A program made the translations under genes and the position numbers. From contig OZ024746.1 of the NCBI GenBank assembly GCA_964016885.1, positions 7,130,001 to 7,194,000 on the forward strand: a stretch of 64,000 bases of DNA, given 5' to 3'. The notes under the pieces are model-generated. The model was not told the origin of the DNA. It did not search any database and saw only the letters and a list, made by a program, of their open reading frames with translations. Shown one piece after another: positions 39,188 through 64,000 of the stretch. The stretch comes from Eledone cirrhosa. Taxonomy: Eukaryota. Position 1 is the first letter of the stretch. The number at the start of each line of letters is the position of its first letter.

Positions 39188-39230
39188 ACGATGTACTAGT
39201 TTCAAGCTTATTAGCTATCGTCAGCATCGT
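39188..39230 (-). ncRNA. Type I hammerhead ribozyme motif with a palindromic stem III
   Basis: Minus strand: acgatg CTGACGA t agct aata agct t GAAA ctagt a catcgt. Stem I is 6 bp, the core is intact, stem III is the palindrome ACTAGT, the cleavage triplet is GUA, and pair 10.1-11.1 is U.U. Confidence 0.7.
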
Positions 39231-40357
39231 ATACCTTCCTGCCAGATGGTTGAACGTCTGAAAGCATATACTTTCCTTATGCATATTAACGGCTGAGCAG
39301 CCTAATTTGCATATCGAGTGAGTTTATATAAATATACTAATATATAGTAATTATACTAATTATCTGGCTGCATGTTAATGAAATGAAGGTTTATAGATTA
39401 GGATATATTTTTATGTGTTTATATATTTCAACTTCTCTAATGTCGGGATCCTTCGTTTGATATCTACGTTAATATAGTCTAGATAAACCTGTAGATAGCA
39501 GTTATGATTTTTTTCCAAGAGGGAGCATTTACTTGTTAGACTGAATGACATTTGTCACCCCCCACCCACCCCCGTCACACTTTCAATATATATATATACA
39601 TCCTCATTAGACACAATATAATGATACATGACATACCCTGAGATGTTAAATGGTTAAGATTTAATCAAGGTAGTGATTAACCTAAGAGAAAGTTTAACAT
39701 TTATACCCTAATAATGAGAAAATGCGAAAACGTAATAAATTCAATAGAGAATGTGTGAGTAAGAAATACGTTGCCTAATGTAACAGTTATAGAGATTTTA
39801 AAATGTATGATACTACAATTTATCAGGGAAAGCGGGCAATGAGAGCTGCTGGGATAATATATATAGAGAGAGGGAATATATGTAAGAGATTTTCCGAAAG
39901 TTAAACGGTTAAGTTTGAAAATATTTAATTTATGCTATTTTAGGGTGAAGAATCAAGATTTATTAGTTTTGGTTATTTTGGTTATTTATTAGTTTTGTAA
40001 AGTCAATAAGTGTTTTAACATTTCTAAACTTATGAGGATAACTTTTAAAGGAATTAGCTGACCGGCGGAAAATAAAGTTTACACTGTCGAATATTTTTCT
40101 AAATGTAAGCTTTACCGGAGATATTCATTGTCAACATATATAGTATGTAAATCTTATGAAGTATTTATTGTTAGAAATATTTAAATAACTATTATGTATA
40201 TATAAATATATATATATATATGGAAGTTTAGCTTCGGCTGTAGCCAAGCCAACGAGATACAATCAGGAATTATGCAGTCAAGCACTCGATGAGGAATCTC
40301 AGAGTAATAACATTCGTTAGATGGCATGACAAATTGAAAATTGTGGCATATATATAT

Positions 40358-40645
40358 ATATTAATTCAAAATATTAACAAAAATAGACATTCGTGTGATC
40401 AAGTATATTTTATTATACATATTTCAGAGGTACTGAGCTATCTTCAACAGTACGTCATCAGATAAAATAAGATGATGCATGACATACACTGAATTTAAAT
40501 CTAAACCATCTACTATGTCATGCATCATCTTATTTTATCTGATGAGGACGTACTGTTGAAGATAGCTCAGTACCTCTGAAATATGTATAATAAAATATAC
40601 TTGATCACACGAATGTCTATTTTTGTTAATATTTTGAATTAATAT
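40358..40645. repeat. Near-perfect long inverted repeat (arms 40358-40486 and 40514-40645, 27-nt spacer)
   Basis: The arms are exact reverse complements apart from one 3-nt indel beside the CTGATGA motif. Confidence 0.95.
40531..40597 (+). ncRNA. Type I hammerhead ribozyme motif (Penelope-like minimal type)
   Basis: tattttat CTGATGA ggacgtactg ttgaagatagct cagtacctct GAAA tatgtat a ataaaata. Stem I is 8 bp, stem II has a G.U and one mismatch, stem III is the quasi-palindrome AUAUGUAU, and the triplet is AUA. Confidence 0.6.
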
Positions 40646-43007
40646 TAATAACTCCGGAAAACCAAAACTGCTGAGTGCTTCCAATCTACTGTAAAACTCA
40701 TTCTTTGATTTATTCATTGAACCTTGTTTAACCTTTAAATATATATATATGATGGGTCCTCCGTCGTGTTTGACATGAAATTCGTGGATATATGTACATA
40801 TAGATTAATGGGAAAGGTTGTAAGGCAGGAAGAAACAATTTAAAATTGGGGTGTAATTTAATTTGTTTTATTAATAATTTAGCATCTCCAGAGAAGATTG
40901 TCTCTTTAATCATCCGACTTGCTGAAGTCATCCAATGTGATATATCATCAAGTGGTTTAATTTATATATACAATCTGTAACTACGAAATGTTTTAACAAT
41001 TGGCATGGCTTTGTATATACATTCTTTGTCAAATTTAGTTTTGTAAATTTGTTTAATAAATATAGCTTTAATAATAAAACATATTCGGAGTTGATATCTT
41101 AATATTAAAATATATTTGAAACGACGTAAAACTATAAATCGCACTACACTCACACACAACAGGTCCCTTAAGGCGTTAGAAATCGGAAAGGAAGAGAAAT
41201 TATGTTAAATTTTCAGAAAACTGGATTTTACAATAGCTAGAATCTTTTATCAAATGAGATTTAATATAATGAAATGTATAAAAACAATATAACAGATTAT
41301 CTTCGTGCTGTTCACAAAGTCAAAATTTATTGCTTAAGACATCAAAAAAATATAACCCGTGATAGCAACTGCCCGTATTGTTGACAATAAAGATAGATTT
41401 AAAAATTTATTTAATAAAAAAAAGAATTTGCATTGCTAAAATATATTTTTTTAATAAAAAAAAAATGTGATGTAAAATAAATCATAAATGTTTATATTTC
41501 AAATAAATTCCCTTGAGTATAATCGGTTATGCCCGATATTGTATAGTGGCGGGGAGGGTTTGTTATTGAGAGAAATGACGTGAACGGATGTAGATATGAA
41601 GTTTTTTTTATAAGAATAGAAAACTATGCGAATATCTGTTATAAAAAAAGCTCTAAGAAAAATATCGAAGCACAAATGCGGAAAAAGAAAAAAATTAATA
41701 AGAGCCAAAATAAGATAACGCGAGAAGGAAGAGGAAAGACCGCATTAGTCAATATGGAGGGAAACACGATAGAAAAAACGATAATGATAGAGAGAAGGTG
41801 TGAGGAAGAGTTAGAGCGATATAGATACAAAGAGAAAACGATAGAGAGGACATACAAAGATGTTAAATAGAGCCGGTTTAGGATGTTTAGGAGTGATGAA
41901 GGGAGAATGAAAAAGAGAGAAAGTTTGAGATAGATGGACAGAAACATATATATATAGATAGAGAGAGGGGGCGAAAGAAAGAGGGTATATAGAGCATACT
42001 AATTGTACAATAGAGCGAGGTTGAAAGAGTAGGTGAGTGAGAGATAAATAGATTGTGAGAGAGAGAGAGAAGTAGTGGTAGGTAGAAAAAGAAAGACTAA
42101 TGGGAAAACTTGGAAGGGGTAAAAAAAAAAAGAAAGACGAGTATGAAAAAGAAGAGTAAAAATTACTAGTCTGTTGCTAGTACTATTGGCCATTATAGAA
42201 GTATTATTGCAGTAAAATTACTGATGTCTCATTAACTGTCGTTTAACTGAGATATAACAGGAGAAAAACCACATTAAAACTACCAAAACCCAACAGGGTG
42301 TTATATATACACACACACACATATATTATAGGTGTGTATATATACTATATATTATATACTATACACCACGCTTATATAATAACTATAGAAGAGATATATA
42401 GAAGCCTATCGGAAAATAAATCTGTGATATTATTTGCTTGAAACTTCCCTCCTACGTCTGTCGTTTCAGGACGACATTACGTTGAGCTTTTATAAAGAAA
42501 AGGAGAGAAAAAACTGTTGTTAGTTTGTTGAATATATTTAACACACGGATATATATTCTTTTGATTGTTCGTCGTCATTGACAAGGATTTAGAAGATAAC
42601 ACCTCCACTGACTAAAGCAACTAGAATATACATACATCACATACATATATATATATTTTATATATACACACACACCCATATATATAATATATATATATGA
42701 GAGAGAGAGACAAGGACTATTAAAAGAAAAGGAGTAAGTGGGGGTGATATATATATATAGTGAGTATATATATATATATATAGGAGTGTATGAGTGCGTG
42801 TATATCTATATCTTGGTATATATATATCATATCTATAGTGAGTATATATATATATATATATATGCAGGAGTGTATGAGTGAGTGTACATATATATAAGTA
42901 TATATTTAGAGTGAGTGTATATCTCTCTCCCTATACATATATATGTAGGAGTGTATGAGTGAGTGTATATATATATATTAGTGTAAAGTGATAAACTGTG
43001 GGTGATC

Positions 43008-43094
43008 ATGGCTAAACTGGTTGCTGTTTGTCGTTCAGACGATTACCAGTTCGAAAGACGGCAATTACCTTTAGTTATGGACGATACATTAACA
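43008..43094 (+). CDS. GGNBP2: First coding exon of gametogenetin-binding protein 2 (GGNBP2/ZNF403)
   Basis: atcATGg start; MAKLVAVCRSDDYQFERRQLPLVMDDTLT followed by donor gtaagt at 43095. Matches the recalled human N-terminus MARLVAVCRDGEEEFPFERRQIPLYIDDTLT. No second exon is seen before 64000. Confidence 0.9.
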
Positions 43095-43967
43095 GTAAGT
43101 TACCTCATTTCTCTACCATATATATTCTATTGTATATATTCTATTGTATAATAATGTTTCTAATATTGCACTTGTTTTATTAATGCCACATTTTATAGAC
43201 TTAGTCACACATTTCAGGGCTTTTTTCTGTCATTAAAACAGTTTAATATTGAACTCCATAAAATAGTTGTGGATATATATAATATATATAATATATATAG
43301 ATATATAATGTCATTGTTATAAACGTTACGTGTATTGGAATATATATACTTGTCTATATACACACATATTCATGTGTATATACACATATAACAACGTTAT
43401 ATATACTCCTGTATACACACATGCTACAAATATACTGATGTATATATACACATAACTTATCACTACATAAGTTCTACATATATACTCATGTCTATACATA
43501 CATATAACCTCGTTATATACTCCTGTATACGCACACATAACATGTCATGTTATATACACACATATAACATGTCACTAATTGAGAACTATATATGCGACAT
43601 ATATACTCATGTATATACAGACTATGTATGTATATACACAGATCCCTCCCGTATATACACACATGTAACATGTTATACACATGTATATACACAGATCACC
43701 CCGTATAGACACACATGTAACATGTTATACACGCATGTATATACAGATACGCCTGTATGCACATAACATACTACATGAGTACTATATATGCTACATATCT
43801 ACTCGTGTATATACACACTAAATATGTCCCACACATATATGTATATATAAACATGTTGAAGAGTGTAGCAGGAATATGTACCAGTTATATATCATACCCA
43901 CAATATATACGTACATGTGTATATATACATACACACATATATCATCGCCAAAATATATACACATGTA

Positions 43968-44365
43968 TTATATACTTCTAATATATACTCATGTATTATA
44001 TACCTCTAATATATACACGTTATATACTTCTAATATATACACGTTATATACTTCTAATATATACACGTTATATACTTCTAATATATACACGTTATATACT
44101 TCTAATATATACACATGTTATATACTTCTAATATATACACATGTTATATACTTCTAATATATACACATGTTATATACTTCTAATATATACACATGTTATA
44201 TACTTCTAATATATACACATGTTATATACTTCTAATATATACACGTTATATATTTCTAATCTACACACATGTATTATATACCTCTATACACATGTATTAT
44301 ATACCTCTATACACATGTATTATATATTTCTAATATACACATATGTATTATATACTTCTAATATA
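43968..44365. repeat. 24-26-bp tandem repeat
   Basis: ttatatacttctaatatatacac(at)g. Confidence 0.9.
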
Positions 44366-44544
44366 CTGTTTCGACTTCGTTCCAAAATATAAATAATTAA
44401 TTAGACTTAATATTAATTAGTGTCTTAATTAATAAACAGAAGTAGAAATGATGTATAGAGTTATATACATCATTTCTACATCTGTACACTATATATATAC
44501 ATATCCGTCTGATTGTATGCAATCATAGGAGCTTGCATCCGCTT

Positions 44545-49479
<4,935 letters not shown>

Positions 49480-51901
49480 GGCTCTATAGGCCACCCCAAA
49501 CGCCTGTACCATGCTTCAAGGAATGCCTCAACAGCATAAAGTGTTTCATCCAAGAGTGTCACCCTGACAACATCTTAATGATGGGGGACTTCAACCTGCC
49601 CGGAGTTGACTGGTCCACAAACACCCTGCCACCAGGTTCTTCTGCCTCAACCTCTGACAGGGAAGCTGTGGAATCGCTTCTTGACTTCATGGATGATTTC
49701 TTCCTATCCCAACTAGTGCTCGAACCAACGAGGTGCCACAAAAACGTCCTAGACTTAATTTTCAGCAATCACACTGACAATATCCACAATATTGCAGTGG
49801 AGAAAACTCTACTCTCTGATCATGACATGGTTCTCTGTGATCTGAGATTCCACCGTCCAATATACAAACCCAATGTCATTTCTCCTGTCCATCCGTTTGA
49901 CGCTATGGATTTCCACAATGCAAACTGGGAAGCGATCAGTCATGATCTTGCACATGTCGACTGGTCCTTCACGCACACTCATACACCCACTAACATCAAA
50001 AAGTCCTGGCAGACATTTGTGGACACTGTTGACAAACATATGTGCTAAACACACCCCATTAAGAACTATAAACAAATCTAAGAGCAGAATCCCTAGAAAT
50101 AGAAAAACGCTCATCAGAAAAATTAAGAGAACGAACAAAAAAATCAACAATCTGAAATACTGTCAGCAGCAACACATCAACTTGACTGCCATTTCATCAC
50201 TAGAGATTAAAAAACATAACCTCCAAAACAACATAATGTCCCTCATCAACAATCAGAGAAGAGCTGAAGAGGCCTGGGCCATTGAGAAGATCAAAACTCA
50301 ATCCCAAAGTGTTCTTTTCATTTGCAAAAAAACACAAAATCACTGGCTCTACTGTTGGCCCTCTAATTGATGAAAATGGCACTCTTCAAGACAATGCTAA
50401 AACCATGGGTGAGATACTGCAGAAACAATACTGCTCTGATTTCAGCAATCCTGATATGGCCGATCTGGGCTGTATCGGCGATGTTACTCCCCATTACACC
50501 TTATCGGACATAACGTTTGGCGCCCTGATGTCTTGGCGGCAATAAAGGAAATCAAGCATAATTCAGCAGTAGGTCCCGATAGGTCCCTGCTTGTGTCTTG
50601 AAGGCGTGTCAACACCAACTTGCTTCTCCTCTTGCCAATCTGTGGCGGAACTCACTGGATGCTGGATATGTGCCAGAAAACCTTCTATCCCAGTCTGTTG
50701 TCCCAGTTTTCAAAAAGGGAAACAAATCCCTTGCCGTGAATTACCGTCCAATCTCACTCACCTCTCATATCATTAAGGTATTTGAGCGAGTGGTGAGATC
50801 GCGAATGACCCACTTCCTTGAGAGTAACAATATGCTGAACTCCAACCAGCATGGATTCCGTAATGGAAGGGATTGCCTGACGCAACTACTGCATCACTTT
50901 GATGACATTTTGAGAGCCTTGGGAGAGGGTTCCAACACTGATGTTATCTACCTTGATTTCAGCAAGGCCTTTGACAGGGTTGATCATAACCTTCTACTGA
51001 GAAAGCTGTCCAATATTGGTGTCACTGGAAAGCTGCTGCAGTGGATCAAGAGCTTCCTGTCAACAGAACCCAACATGTTGTAGTTGAGGAGTCAAATCAA
51101 GCCCAGCCAAAGTCAGTAGTGGAGTCCCACAAGGCACTGTGTTGGGCCCACTTCTCTTCATCATCTATATTAATGACATCACTGACATCATCAAACACAG
51201 CAACATTAAAATTTTCGCTGATGATTCCAAGCTCCAAAGGTCATCAATGGCGTGGATGACCGAATAAGCCTTCAGTCAGACCTACTGGCTGTTACCCAAT
51301 GGGCAGAAAAGAACAACATGTTACTGAACGAAGACAAATTCGAACTGATCCACTTTGGAAAAGAGGATGCTCTGAAACTCCCGTACTCCCTTCCCTCCGG
51401 GAAACTCTCGTGGCATCTAACAACATCAGAGACTTGGGAGTAACCGTGGACAGCAACATAAGCTGGACCACGCATATAAGCAGCAAAGTTGACATGGCCC
51501 GCAGAATGTGTTCCTGATCCTCAGAACCTTCCAGTCGAGAGATTCCCGCACCATTATCCTTCTCTTCTCTACTTTCGCCCGACCACACCTTGAATACTGT
51601 TGTCCACTGTGGTCTCCCCCACACGAAACAAAGTATCATGAAACTTGAAGCTCCTCAAAGGGCAATCACAAAAAAGATAGATGGCATGTCAGACCTTGAC
51701 TACTGGGGTCGATTGGAAAACCTGAAACTTTACTCACTCCAACGTCGCCGTGAGCGTTATATTATCTGCATGATGTGGAAAATGTTCCATCATCACTGCC
51801 CAAATGATGTTGGCATCGCCTTCAAGATACACCAAGGCTTGGGCCCCGTGCTATCCGTCCCATTCAAAAATCTAAATCGCAACTCATAACAACAATACGG
51901 C
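49480..51901 (+). mobile_element. Decayed 5'-truncated CR1/L2-group LINE ORF2 in GGNBP2 intron 1, cut by the assembly gap
   Basis: EN motifs [33 protein letters not shown] motifs NYRPISLTS, NQHGFR, YLDFSKAFDRVDH, GVPQGTVLGPLLFIIYINDI, IFADDSK. C-terminal LYSLQRRRER. Frameshifted. Confidence 0.92.
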
Positions 51902-52101
51902 NNNNNNNNNNNNNNNNNNNNNNNNNNNNNNNNNNNNNNNNNNNNNNNNNNNNNNNNNNNNNNNNNNNNNNNNNNNNNNNNNNNNNNNNNNNNNNNNNNN
52001 NNNNNNNNNNNNNNNNNNNNNNNNNNNNNNNNNNNNNNNNNNNNNNNNNNNNNNNNNNNNNNNNNNNNNNNNNNNNNNNNNNNNNNNNNNNNNNNNNNNN
52101 N
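51902..52101. other. Assembly gap (200 N)
   Basis: N run. Confidence 1.
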
Positions 52102-52129
52102 CTTTTCCCTGCTTGCAAGGGTGGGACTA

Positions 52130-64000
<11,871 letters not shown>

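Noticed and set aside
40283-40320. tcgatgaggaat...attcg hammerhead-like words
   Set aside because: Lacks the CUGA and GAAA core and has no stem I.
40728-40931. Minus-strand ORF with a vague GIY-YIG C-terminal flavour (RMIKE...LLIKQ)
   Set aside because: No GIY-YIG or RT motifs, and it is on the wrong side to precede the nearer hammerhead.
41580-42193. K/E/R-rich and F/L-rich short ORFs
   Set aside because: Low-complexity GA-rich sequence with no recognisable domain or splice support.
52102-52128. About 20-bp match to the RTE 3' end right after the gap
   Set aside because: Too short and adjacent to the gap to annotate as an element.

Overview
AT-rich, repeat-dense animal genomic DNA. It is most likely a coleoid cephalopod (Octopus-like), inferred from the SINE types, the 5S sequence and the huge (TA)n tracts. 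Two host genes lie on the + strand. The first is the 3' part of a spliced gene (four phase-compatible coding exons, 15584-36023) that ends with a BCL11-type CCHC finger (ZnF0) and a BCL11 ZnF1-like C2H2 finger. The second is the first coding exon of GGNBP2 (43008-43094). The rest is intronic or intergenic: a decayed near-full-length RTE LINE with a PHD-like finger, a decayed CR1-type LINE, tRNA-derived SINEs, several MITE families, a 5S rRNA pseudogene, about ten minisatellites and about 17 kb of (TA)n-rich microsatellite. The least obvious signals are type I hammerhead-ribozyme motifs between the two genes: one at 39188-39230 (-) in a long extended hairpin, and a mirrored pair inside a near-perfect 130-bp inverted repeat (40358-40645). 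All very long ORFs in the supplied track are repeat artefacts.
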